From: Myxococcales bacterium
Lineage (GTDB): Bacteria > Myxococcota_A > Polyangia > Polyangiales > DASUME01
Direction of reading: 5' to 3'
DNA length: 64,000 bases
Assembly: GCA_047601445.1 (NCBI GenBank)
Contig: JASGJH010000001.1
Location: 4,608,001 to 4,672,000, forward strand
Numbering within the stretch: the stretch's first letter is position 1; the number at the start of each line of letters is the position of its first letter. Under the pieces are notes generated by a model that was not told where the DNA came from, made no database searches, and worked only from the letters and a program-made list of their open reading frames with translations. A program made the position numbers and the translations under genes. This document shows, in pieces, positions 1 to 11,378 of this stretch.

Positions 1-226
1 CGGTGGCGGTCGCTCCGCGCGCGGCGAGCTGCCGACAGAGCTCGATGCCGCTCATCCCGGGCATACGAACGTCGGCCAGGACGAAGTTGGGGTCGAACTG
101 CTCGAGTCCTCGGAGGGCCTCTTCGGCACTGGCGGCCACCCGGACGTCGTAGCCGTTGCGGCTGAGCAGGGTGCGCAGCACCAGCCGCAGGTTCTCCTCG
201 TCGTCGACTACCAACACCCGGGCCAC
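1..226 (-). CDS. Response regulator, N-terminal receiver domain (partial, runs off window; possibly NtrC-like)
   Basis: Manual translation from GTG 226 (alternative 238): [37 protein letters not shown]...VLADVRMPGMSGIELC, a classic receiver motif. Not in ORF track. Confidence 0.85.
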   Translation of the reverse strand, partial: MARVLVVDDEENLRLVLRTLLSRNGYDVRVAASAEEALRGLEQFDPNFVLADVRMPGMSGIELCRQLAARGATAT

Positions 227-666
227 GCCGTCTCGCACTTTCTGCGGGCCAAGATCCCGCCACTACGCAAAAAGGTACATCCCGTAGGCGGGGAACCCCA
301 AGCGTGAAAGCAGCCCCGTCACCACCATTGGCACACCGCCAACTTGATTGGCATGCGGAGCACTGCTCGACGAACAAAAACTTAATGATTTCATGGCCGC
401 AGACGGCGGCACAGGGCGTGCTCAAGCGAGCGATGACGGAGCCTTCAGTCAGGTCTCCGGGGCTCGTTCGAGCCCTCCCCTGGCCCCGGTGACGTCATTG
501 ATCTCTGCAAGCAAAAGGCTGTATGGTAGCGCGCGCTTTGCGCCGTTTTGGTGTCACTGAAACGGTGAATGCTCGCAGAAGATGAATGAGTGACCGCGGG
601 CCCGAGCCGAAGAGGGCACCCTCGAGGCCCCGCCGAGACAACGCTCCCCAAGACGTGAGGACAAGA

Positions 667-2613
667 ATGCAGAAGCGACCCCAACATCGGACCGAACGCA
701 GGCTCAAGGCCGCCAAGTGGCTTGCGGCCCCCGTGGCAGCGCTGGGCCTCATGGGCTGCCCCAATGAGAACCTCGCCCCGCTCGCTCCCTGCACGGTGTC
801 CGGCGTCTCTGACGACGTGCCCGTGACGGGCGTCGACAAGGTCGACCTCTTGTTCATGATCGACAACTCGGGCTCGATGGCCCAGGAGCAGGCCAAGCTG
901 GCAGAACAGCTGCCCAACCTGCTGAAGATCCTCACCAGCGGCAAGAAGGAAGACGGCACCACCTTCACGGCGGTGCGCGACCTTCACGTCGGCGTGGTCA
1001 CCAGCGACATGGGCCTGAGCGGCAACAAGGTGCCGCTGCCCCCGAGCTGCGAGGGCGTGGGCGACGACGGCAAGCTGCTCAAGAAGCCGCTCACCACGGG
1101 CTGCAGCGCCAGCGCGCCGGCCGGTTACCTGAGCTACGTGCCCGGTGACAAGGACATCGACAGCGTCATCAAGGACTTCACCTGCTTGGCCAACGTGGGC
1201 ATCCAGGGCTGCGGTTTCGAGCAGCAGCTGGAAGCCGTCTACAAGGCGGTGGCGCCTGCCTCGGTGAAGTTCACCGACGGCAAGGGCGGCCATGCCGACG
1301 ACGCCAACAAGGGCTTCCTGCGCTCCGACGCGGTGCTCGCGGTCATCACCGTCTCCGACGAAGAGGACTGCTCGGTCACCGAGAAGGGCATGGTCATGTT
1401 CGACGACAAGACCAGCGCGCCCGGCGTGAAGCAGCCCGGCACCGACATGAACCTCGGCCTCAACATCCGCTGCGCCTACGTGCAGGATCCGAACGACCGC
1501 ACGACGCAGGCCGAAGACAACGAGTACGTCTACGACGTCACGCGTTACTACGACGACTTCAAGAAGAAGGTGAAGCCGCTCAACCCGGACCGCATCGTGT
1601 TCGCGGCCATCACCGGCATCCCCGAGGACGCCGAGGGCAAGAGCTTCGACGACATCCTCAAGGACAGCCGCATGGACTTCGCGGTGGATCCGATGACGGG
1701 TGGTGGCGACCCCACCAACCGCAACACCGCTGCGCGCGACGTGTGCCGTCGCTGCGAGACGCTGAGCGAGGCCGAGTGCAAGGCCGCGCCCCTCACCGTC
1801 AAGGACAGCAGCGGCAAGGACATCTCGAACCCCGAGATCATCACCGGCGCCAAGCCCGGCGTGCGCTTCGTGAAGGTGGCCAAGGGCTTCGGTGACAACG
1901 GTCTCGTGCAGTCCATCTGCGCCGAGAGCTTCGCGCCCGCGGTGAGCACCATCATCGACAAGATCTCCAAGCAGCTCACCGGCGCGTGCCTGCCGCGCGA
2001 GCTGAACCCGAACGCCGAAGGCCTCGTGGAATGCGACGTCGTCGAGATCCTCGGCTCGAACGCCGGCCCCGAGGACTGCAAGTCCAACCGCGGCCGCCAC
2101 TACAAGGAAATGCGCCCCGTCACGGTCGGCGACAAGACCGAGATGCGCGTCGTGTGCGACATCAACCAGGTGCCCGTGGCGGATCAGAAGCTCGGCACCA
2201 ACCCCATGCCCCTCGAAGGCACGGACGGCAAGACCGGCTGGTACTACGACACCTTTAGCGAGAGCGTCACCAAGGAGTGCCCGATCGAGAAGCGTCGTCG
2301 CATCTCCTTCTCGAGCTCCGACGCCGAGCCCCAGGACGCGACCTTGCGGTTCGAGTGCTTCCAGCCCGTCGTCAGCAGCAACACCGAGGTGCTCGGCAAG
2401 GAAGCCGTGAACTCGCCCTGCAAGACCAACGACGACTGCGCTGCGCGCCAGGACCACACGCCGGGCAACCAGTTCGTGCTGGCCTGCGACGACACGGTGA
2501 AGACCTGCCAGATCACCTGCAACCAGGACACCGAGTGCCCCGACAGCTGGGTCTGCGACACGGGCCGCAAGCTCTGCGTCAACCCCACCTGCCCGCCGCC
2601 CAGCCTTCGCTGA
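667..2613 (+). CDS. Cys-rich vWA-domain lipoprotein (CglB-like adhesin family)
   Basis: Lipobox LMGC after a hydrophobic stretch; MIDAS DLLFMIDNSGSM; GCGFEQQLEA and SDEEDCS motifs; Cys-rich C-terminus. ATG 667 follows GAGG (track start 586). Confidence 0.8.
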   Translation: MQKRPQHRTERRLKAAKWLAAPVAALGLMGCPNENLAPLAPCTVSGVSDDVPVTGVDKVDLLFMIDNSGSMAQEQAKLAEQLPNLLKILTSGKKEDGTTFTAVRDLHVGVVTSDMGLSGNKVPLPPSCEGVGDDGKLLKKPLTTGCSASAPAGYLSYVPGDKDIDSVIKDFTCLANVGIQGCGFEQQLEAVYKAVAPASVKFTDGKGGHADDANKGFLRSDAVLAVITVSDEEDCSVTEKGMVMFDDKTSAPGVKQPGTDMNLGLNIRCAYVQDPNDRTTQAEDNEYVYDVTRYYDDFKKKVKPLNPDRIVFAAITGIPEDAEGKSFDDILKDSRMDFAVDPMTGGGDPTNRNTAARDVCRRCETLSEAECKAAPLTVKDSSGKDISNPEIITGAKPGVRFVKVAKGFGDNGLVQSICAESFAPAVSTIIDKISKQLTGACLPRELNPNAEGLVECDVVEILGSNAGPEDCKSNRGRHYKEMRPVTVGDKTEMRVVCDINQVPVADQKLGTNPMPLEGTDGKTGWYYDTFSESVTKECPIEKRRRISFSSSDAEPQDATLRFECFQPVVSSNTEVLGKEAVNSPCKTNDDCAARQDHTPGNQFVLACDDTVKTCQITCNQDTECPDSWVCDTGRKLCVNPTCPPPSLR

Positions 2614-2627
2614 TCGCTCGGTAAGGT

Positions 2628-2672
2628 GAAACGAAAAGAAGGCGCCCCAGTTGGGGCGCCTTTTTTCGTTTC
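2628..2672. terminator. Bidirectional intrinsic terminator
   Basis: GAAACGAAAAGAAGGCGCCCCA-GT-TGGGGCGCCTTTTTTCGTTTC: GC stem flanked by A- and T-tracts, between convergent genes. Confidence 0.9.
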
Positions 2673-2673
2673 G

Positions 2674-2918
2674 GCCATCCGCCATCCGCCAGCGTCCATC
2701 CGCTAGCCGCTATCAACGAGCGGCCGTCTGCCCATCAACCATCGGCGGCGCCGTCTGCCATCGGCCTTCCCCATCCGCCATTGGCACTGCATGCGGCGTG
2801 AGGGCGGCCGCCCGCCGCCCGCGTTAACCCGCCCCCCGCGCGGCGTGCGGCGTGCCGCCAGCTGCTGGCAGATGGCTGATGGCCGCTCGCTGATGGCAGA
2901 TGGCCGATGGCAGACGGC
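2674..2918. repeat. Two inverted arrays of degenerate heptamer tandem repeats (GCCATCH / DGATGGC)
   Basis: About 15 units of GCCATCC/GCCGTCT/GCCATCG type at 2674-2783; 8 units of AGATGGC/TGATGGC/CGATGGC type at 2863-2918. Confidence 0.8.
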
Positions 2919-2925
2919 CACTCCC

Positions 2926-4639
2926 CTACCGCTTGTACGGCTGCACCGCGAGCAGTGCCTGAGCCCTCGAGCGGAGGTCGGCGGAGAGGTTGTTGCGGGC
3001 AGCTTGTTCGAAGGCGACGGCTAGCTCGCGCGCGCTCTGAAAGCGGTCTTCGCGTTTCTTGGCGAGTCCGAGGGCGAGCACGAGGTCGATGTCCTCTGGG
3101 ACGCGAGCCCGGAGGCGTGGCGCTTCGGGCATCTCCTCGAGGATGGCTCGGAGAACGCTGTGGAGGTCTCCTCGGAACGGCGCTTCGCCGGTGAGCGCAC
3201 GATACGCAATGGCGCTGAGCGCATAGATGTCGGCACGGCCGTCGACGTCGCGTTCGCCGCGGGCCTGCTCGGGCGCCATGTACTGTGGCGTGCCGATAAT
3301 CTCGGCTGCCGTGAGGCTGGCTTCGCTGTTGTGCAGAAGCTTCGAGACACCGAAGTCGAGCACCTTCCAGGTGACGATGCCGTGGGCTCCGCCTGCCCGA
3401 AAGACGTTCTGGGGCTTGAGGTCGCGGTGGACGACGCTGGCCGCATGCGCGACCTCGAGTCCTGCCGCGATTTGTTCGATCATGTCGACCACGTCGTCGA
3501 GCGACATGCGGCCGCGCTCACGCAACTGGGTGCCCAGGTCGACGCCCGCCAGGAGCTCCATGGCGATGAAGGGGCAGACTGCATCGGGTCCGCTGACCTC
3601 GAGCACACGCACCACGTGGGGCGAATCGATGGAGGCCACGATCTTGGCTTCTCGGGCGAATCTCGACAGCGCCTGTTTTTCACCCCAGAGGTCCACCCGC
3701 AACAGCTTGAGCGCCGCGGGTTCGCCGTCCGAGAGACGCTCCGCCGCATAGACTTCGCCCATCCCGCCTCGGCCGATGACCACGCCGAGGCGGAAGCCTT
3801 CGATCTCCTGGTCGGTGAAGCGACCGGCGCCGCCCAGGCCTGCCCCCTGCTTGAGCGCATCCCGCGCCTCCGCCAGGAGTGCCTCGCGTTGCGATGCCTT
3901 GCGCACGGCCTTTTCGAACTCGCGCACGATGCGGGCCTGGTCTCGGCGCATCGCCACGCCCGCTGCATAGGCCGCGGCGAACAGGAGCTCCACGCCCACC
4001 ACGGCCGCCCACCACTGCCAGGGCGAAGCGATGATGGAAGGCAACAGAGGCCGATGCGTCAGCAAACCGAGCTGGGTGAGCAGGGCGCTGAGGGCATAGC
4101 CGACGGCGATGATGCCGTAGCTCGGGGCTGCCGTGCGCCGGGGCACCGAGCTCGAAAACAGCACCAGCCCCAGGGTGACAGCGGCACAGAACGCGGACAG
4201 CAGGCCGAAGGCGAGGTTCGCGGCCACCACGGCCATGCACAGCGGAATCGCCACCCGGCGCACCCGCGCGTCGTCCGCAACGCGGCCCTCCCGAAGGATT
4301 CTGGAAGGCCCAGGCGAAGCTCCCGAACAGAACAGCCAGGGATCCCCAGGCGATGTGCTTGGTGGCCGGATCGCCCTCGACGAGACTCGTGACCAGCACG
4401 CCCACCACGACCAACGCCAGCATGGCCACGGCCATGACTCGCAGGCGACCTGCCCCCGCGGCGCGCATGGCGGACTGGGTGTTGAGCTCCGCAGCGGTGA
4501 CCGTGGGCCCCAGCGCACGCGTACCCGACGGGGGCACCCGGCCCGCTGCCACCGGGCCAGAACCCGAGACACCGGTGCCTGGACGCGCGCGCTGCGTGTC
4601 ACAGAGGGCTCGGCTGTCATGTTCTGCGAGCTGGGCCAC
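2926..4639 (-). CDS. Membrane-bound Hanks-type Ser/Thr protein kinase with multi-TM N-terminus (+1 frameshift near 4299)
   Basis: GRGGMGEVY, ALK, HRDLKPQN, DFG, GTPQYMAPE. The N-terminal TM segments (MAVAMLALVVVGVL...GSFAWAF) are in another frame; removing one base at 4299-4300 joins them (AFQILRE). Start uncertain (GTG 4639). Confidence 0.8.
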
Positions 4640-4753
4640 GGGGGTTGCCACCTCTTCTGTAGTGGGCGGCCCGGACGGCTTTTTCTTGGCCCTGCACCAT
4701 TCACGTGTGACAGCTCGCTTTGCCGAACCCCCACGCTCACCCCAAGGTACGCC

Positions 4754-6117
4754 ATGCAACGCTTCCGCGGCCTCAAGGACCTCATCCACGACGTCATCGA
4801 GAAGACCACGGACCTCGTGCAGGAAACGCACGAGGCTGCCGCCCGCAAGCCGCGCGAGCTCCTCGCGAACGTGGGCGCGCTCGAGGACCCCGTGCGCGCC
4901 GTGGATGCGATCCGTCAGGTCACCGCAAGCCTCGTGTTCGACAGCATCCGAGCCACCAATCGCGGCGTGCAACGGGTGGAGGACCTGGGACTCGAGGCCG
5001 CAGAGAAGCTGCTCGCCAAGCTGCCCGTGACGACGTCCGAACCCGCCGAAAGCGAGCCCGCAGAGGCGCTCGAGGCAGAGGTCGCCGTGGATCCGGCCTT
5101 TAGAAACCAAGTGGAGACCTGGGTCAGCACTGCCCAGAGCGCCCTCAACGCCGTGGCAGGCGACTTCCTGCACGCGCGCAAGAACGGCCTCGCCATCACG
5201 CTCTCCCTCTACCGTGACCTCAAGCCCGTGCCGCTCACGCAGCAAGCACTGCTCGCGACGTACCCGCAGGCCACCTCCAAGGTCTGCCTGTTCGTGCATG
5301 GCCTGGGACACCTGGAATCAGGCTTTCAGCTGTTCTCCCAGGAGCTCTACGGAAACGCCGACACCACCTATGGCAGCTTGCTCGAACGGGAACTCGGCTT
5401 CACGGCGCTCTACCTTCGCTACAACACGGGCCGTCGCGTCTCCGAGAACGGTCGTGAACTCGCGCTCCTGCTCGAGGAGCTCGCGGCGAACTACCCCCTG
5501 CCCCTCAGCCAGCTCGTACTGGTCGGGCACAGCATGGGTGGCCTGGTGGTGCGCAGTGCCGCTCACTACGGCGCCGAGCTCGGACACGCCTGGGTGAAGC
5601 AGTTGAGCCACGTCTTCTGTCTCGGCTCGCCGCATCAGGGCGCTCCCCTCGAAAAAGCGGGCAACGTGCTCACCTCGATCCTCGCGGCATTCGACACGGC
5701 CGGCACGCAGGTGCCTGCCAAGGTATTCAACGCGCGCAGCGCAGGCATCAAGGATTTGCGCTTCGGCAACGTCGTGGACGAGGACTGGAAGGACTTCGAT
5801 CCGGACGCCTTCCTCCGCGACCAGCGCGGCGAGCTCGCGCTGGTGCCCCACGTAACCTACTGCGCCATCGCGTCGACGGTGACGCGGGATCCGGCCCATC
5901 CTGTGGCGAGCGTGATGGGGGATCTCCTGGTGAGGACGGAGAGCGCCCAGGGCGGTGGCCCTGATGTGGCGCGACGGGTGGCCTTTCAGGACTCTCGCAT
6001 CCTGAGTGGGCTCAATCACATCGCGCTCTTGAATCACCCGGCGGTGTACGCCGAGATCAAGCGCTGTCTGACCAGCACAGCGCCGCAGGGGAGCGCGGCG
6101 ACGCGGCCCGACGAAGC

Positions 6118-6136
<19 letters not shown>
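4754..6136 (+). CDS. PGAP1-like alpha/beta hydrolase (lipase/esterase)
   Basis: LFVHGL, YNTG, nucleophile GHSMGG, LGSPHQGAPLE, C-terminal NHIALLNHP. ATG 4754. Confidence 0.85.
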
Positions 6137-7491
<1,355 letters not shown>

Positions 7492-8538
7492 CGTCAGGAG
7501 TCCTCCAACAAGTCAAAAACTACCGGGTCAGGGCGCGTTGCGAGCGCGCGGGTCGATGCGGGCGGGGTCGCCCGCGAGCAAAACAAGAACTCGAAGCGCG
7601 CTGGGAGCGCGCCGGAAAACCAAAGAACGCGACACGATACGGCCGATCAGGACCGTGTCAACGTAGGGAAGACTGCTGAATTGGTGGTCCGAGTGTGAGA
7701 GTTGAAAGGCATTGACCGAGGAGCATCCTCGAATTGACCCCGACCAGGCAAAAACGGGCTTTTCGTACGGGCGCGCATGTTCAGGCCCCCTCCGGGCGGT
7801 CACTCGCTCACGGCGACCCGCACGCACCCCACCCGATTTGCCCCCGACCAGGCGACTCGGCCCCCTCGAGAGCCTCGGCGCCCCCGCCCCCCCGCGACCC
7901 TCTGGTCGGCGGGAGACGGTTTTCGCCGTTTCGCTTTCCGGCAGCGACTGGCAGGCGGGACGGTTTTCGCTTTTTCGTTTCTCTGGGTTGGAAGGGCCGG
8001 GAGACGCCGTCGAAAGCGCGAAGCGAACCCTGTGGTGAGCGGGAAGCGAACAGGCGCGCGATGGGGCGTCGTGTGTTGAGCTCACTCGATGACGCGTCGG
8101 CGAGCGACACGGGCGCAATGCATACCGCGCTGCTTGCTCGCGCGAACATGCGCGTGATGAAGGGGCCGCAAAAATCCAGGGCTTCGTGGGCGATGCTGCG
8201 GAGAGCTGCGTGAGCTCCAAGTATCAGCGTCACGCGGCTTCGTTGCGTACATGCGGACATCTTAGGTCAGCACGTTGCCACTTCGAGCCATGACGGACAC
8301 GAGATCAACTCGCTTGCGCTAGAGACGTTTTCAACGTCGCATCGGTTCCAACATGGGCATGTCGACGGCTCGATGAGAGCATGAACATCCGACGCACGCC
8401 GCGAGCTCGGCGTGCGCTCGGCGACGTCGTGGCATGTCCGCAGGGCGTGTCGCGACGCGCGTCAGCAACCCATTTTAATCGGCATTTTTCGGGCATTTCT
8501 GTGCCTGCACGCACGGGTGCGGGCGCGAGGAGGACAGC

Positions 8539-9384
8539 ATGTTGTTCACGCGTTCGCAGATCGCATCGTATGCGTTGATGTTCGCCCTCATGGGCTGCGG
8601 CGACGACGAGCCCGCGCAGGGCGCAGAGGTCGGCGATGGCGACGCGACCGAGCCGGGCAGCACGCACTACACCGCCAGCGTCACGGACTCCTCGAGCGAT
8701 ATGCCCATCGGGGGTCTGAACGTGTTCGTGCTCGACAACAAGACGGGCATGAAGACGGGCCAGAAGGCGCAGACCGATGCGAACGGAAAGATCGCACTCG
8801 ACGACGTCCAGGTAGATGCGGACGGCAAGTTCGGCGTGCTGGTGGAGGGTAAGCCTGGCGACACCGGATTCCTCGACACCTTCCAGTACAACCTGAACCC
8901 CAACGCTCAGAACGACATCCTGCGCATCGTGGCCACGGGAGCCATCGCGCTCGCGACGGCCGCCGCCAATTTCGACGAAAATCCCGCGACGGGCCCCGTC
9001 TCGGGCGCGGTGTTCACGGGCACCGGCGCAGCGGACCGCCTGCCCGCAGATTGCCTCACAATCGAGCTCGAAGGCTTCGAAGACGCCCCCGTGAAGACGG
9101 GCATGCGTTGCACCCAGGACGACCTCTGCGTGCGCTACTTCTTCGACCAGCGCATCCCCGACTTCGGCGCCACCCATACGAGCGCAGCCAATGGCCGTTT
9201 CTACATCGCCAACGTGCCACCCGGTCCCCACACCCTGCACGTGATCGCGAACGGCCAGAAGATCGCTTCTACCAGCCTGGTGGTCACGGCCCGCAACCAG
9301 GGCACCACGGGCGAGACCATCAGCGTGGCCAACATCTATCTCGGCGCGGGCGATACCAATCCAGCCAAGGGCAGCTGCGAGTGA
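8539..9384 (+). CDS. Lipoprotein with carboxypeptidase-regulatory-like (Ig/beta-sandwich) repeats
   Basis: RBS GAGGAGG; lipobox LMGC; QTDANGKI and TSAANGRFYIANVPPG motifs. Confidence 0.7.
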   Translation: MLFTRSQIASYALMFALMGCGDDEPAQGAEVGDGDATEPGSTHYTASVTDSSSDMPIGGLNVFVLDNKTGMKTGQKAQTDANGKIALDDVQVDADGKFGVLVEGKPGDTGFLDTFQYNLNPNAQNDILRIVATGAIALATAAANFDENPATGPVSGAVFTGTGAADRLPADCLTIELEGFEDAPVKTGMRCTQDDLCVRYFFDQRIPDFGATHTSAANGRFYIANVPPGPHTLHVIANGQKIASTSLVVTARNQGTTGETISVANIYLGAGDTNPAKGSCE

Positions 9385-9469
9385 CGGCTCGAGCGGTGGG
9401 CGGCACAGGTCGTGTCGCGCCGCGCGAGTGATGCGCGGTCGACGGCCAGTGAAGTCGGGGAGTCATCGA

Positions 9470-11353
9470 ATGGGGTGGAGTTTGCGCCGAATCAGGCCCG
9501 GCTTGCTCGCGATCGTGGCCATGCAGCACGCGCTGGCCATGGACGCGCGGGCGCAAGCGGCCGGGCAAGAGGAGCCGTCACAGACGAGCGACACGCCTGG
9601 CGCGGCGACACACGACCCGGCGACGGGCGGACGCGATGACGCAGACGCGAGCTCGACGTGGGACGATGGCGCGAGCGGCGGCGCTGCAGCGAGTCAGGCC
9701 GCGTCCGATGACTGGGAAGACGAAGACGATGGTGACTTCGAGGACGAGCCCGCGCTGAGCGTGAACGGCATGCTGCGTATGCAGGGCGGCGTGTTCGCGC
9801 CGATGATCTCCAGCAACTTCAAGCCCGAGCACAACGAAGCCTACCGCGTGGTGGATTTAGGACGTTATGGCGCGCCCTGTGACCCGCTCAAGATGCCCTA
9901 CTATCCGTGCGCGCCGGTCGATCATGGTCAGCCCCCTGGCAGCCTCTCCATCGCGCGCGCCACGCTGCAGCTCGAGGGACACTGGCAAGCCACCGAGCGC
10001 ATCTCGCTTCACGCCATCGTGCGCGGCGTGCGCTCCTTGAGCCTCGCCGCAGATCGCTACGCGCAGATTCCCCAACCGCGCTCGGATCCGGACGAGCGCG
10101 GCTCCTACGCGCGCGAGTGGGCGGCCGAGAACTACTACAACGAGTTCGACCTGCGCGAGCTCTACCTGGATCTCGATCCCACCGACTGGCTCAACATCCG
10201 CATCGGCCGGCAACAGATCGCCTGGGGCGAGACGAGCTCCTTCCGTCTGCTCGACGTGGTGAACCCCACCAACGCCACCTGGCATTTCGGTCCGCTGGAA
10301 AACATGGAGGACATCCGGGTACCGCTCTGGATGATCGACACCGGCATCGACGTGCCCGCGCTCGACGGAACGCTCGAGCTGTTGTGGGTGCCGCTGATCG
10401 ATCGGCCCAAGGACACCGTGACCACGCCACTCACCTTCGTGGGCGCCTGGGGCGTGCCCTACTCAAATCAGCCGCCGGCCTTCTACGTGGAGAACAAGGA
10501 CTTCCTCTACCCGGGCCGAAAGCTCAGCGATTCGCGGGGCGGCGCGCGCTGGAAGGGCAACCTCGGCAACAAGGCGAGCTACTGCCTCGTCTACTACTAC
10601 ACGCACCAGATCAACATGCCGGTGCCGACGCACTTCTATGCGCGGCCGAAGCTGGACGAGGACGGCCAACCGAGCGCGGACTGGCCCGACGGCCTCGACC
10701 GCAACATTCAGAGCATCTCCAGATATGTGCTCGAGTTTCCGCGCCAGCACGTGGCGGGAGCCACCTTCGAGTACGCGTTCGATAGCCCCATCGGCACACT
10801 GTTACGGCTGGAGGGCGCGGTGGTGCCGGACCGCACGTTCCCATCACGCACGGACTCGAGCTTCAGCGCGGACCCCAGGGATCCGCTGCGCAGCAACTAC
10901 CACCCGCGCAAGCTGCTCAGCGCGAGCTACGCCGTGAGCTTGCAGCGCTCCACCATGCTGCGCTTCCTGAACCCGACGCAGAGCTTCCTGCTGTTCGCCC
11001 AGTTCTCGCACACGGTGGTGCCGGGGCTGGACGTTGAGGGACGCGATGCGCAGCTGGTCGAGGTCCCCATCTACAACAAGTGGCAGGCCCAGAAGCACAG
11101 CTTCAACTTGGTGTTCATGGCGCGCACGACCTACCTCAACGGCAAGGTCACGCCGCGACTCACGGTCGCGTATCTGCCCAATCTCTACGCGGGCGACAGC
11201 GGATTCTACTCGCTGGACGTCGATTTCCGGCTCTCCACCCACTACGCGCTGAACCTTCGATTGACGGACTTCTTCGGCAAGGATCCGTACCGCGAGCTCG
11301 GCCTCTACCGCGACCGAGACGAGGCGCACGCGATGCTGACCATCCAGTTCTGA
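9470..11353 (+). CDS. Outer-membrane beta-barrel, DUF1302-like
   Basis: Signal peptide; LRELYLD..IRIGRQQIAWGE..LLDVVNP..EDIRVPLWM motifs; ends YRDRDE...TIQF (BAM-type terminal Phe); operon context. ATG 9470 has RBS GGGGAG. Confidence 0.8.
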   Translation: MGWSLRRIRPGLLAIVAMQHALAMDARAQAAGQEEPSQTSDTPGAATHDPATGGRDDADASSTWDDGASGGAAASQAASDDWEDEDDGDFEDEPALSVNGMLRMQGGVFAPMISSNFKPEHNEAYRVVDLGRYGAPCDPLKMPYYPCAPVDHGQPPGSLSIARATLQLEGHWQATERISLHAIVRGVRSLSLAADRYAQIPQPRSDPDERGSYAREWAAENYYNEFDLRELYLDLDPTDWLNIRIGRQQIAWGETSSFRLLDVVNPTNATWHFGPLENMEDIRVPLWMIDTGIDVPALDGTLELLWVPLIDRPKDTVTTPLTFVGAWGVPYSNQPPAFYVENKDFLYPGRKLSDSRGGARWKGNLGNKASYCLVYYYTHQINMPVPTHFYARPKLDEDGQPSADWPDGLDRNIQSISRYVLEFPRQHVAGATFEYAFDSPIGTLLRLEGAVVPDRTFPSRTDSSFSADPRDPLRSNYHPRKLLSASYAVSLQRSTMLRFLNPTQSFLLFAQFSHTVVPGLDVEGRDAQLVEVPIYNKWQAQKHSFNLVFMARTTYLNGKVTPRLTVAYLPNLYAGDSGFYSLDVDFRLSTHYALNLRLTDFFGKDPYRELGLYRDRDEAHAMLTIQF

Positions 11354-11378
11354 GCCCTCAGCCCACAGGAGTGTTTCA

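Noticed and set aside
445..2685. Long antisense and alternate-frame ORFs (746 aa here; also 14211-15602, 21289-23058, 48391-49737, 53223-55022)
   Set aside because: Shadows of real genes caused by high GC3; no motifs, Arg/Ala/Gly-rich.
2674..2918. Possible CRISPR array, or small ORFs 2703-2921 and 2791-3024
   Set aside because: Period is 7 nt with no unique spacers and no cas genes; the ORFs are translations of the repeat.
7528..8260. Track ORFs in the 1-kb intergenic region
   Set aside because: No codon bias or recognisable motifs. No DnaA boxes seen, so not called an origin either.
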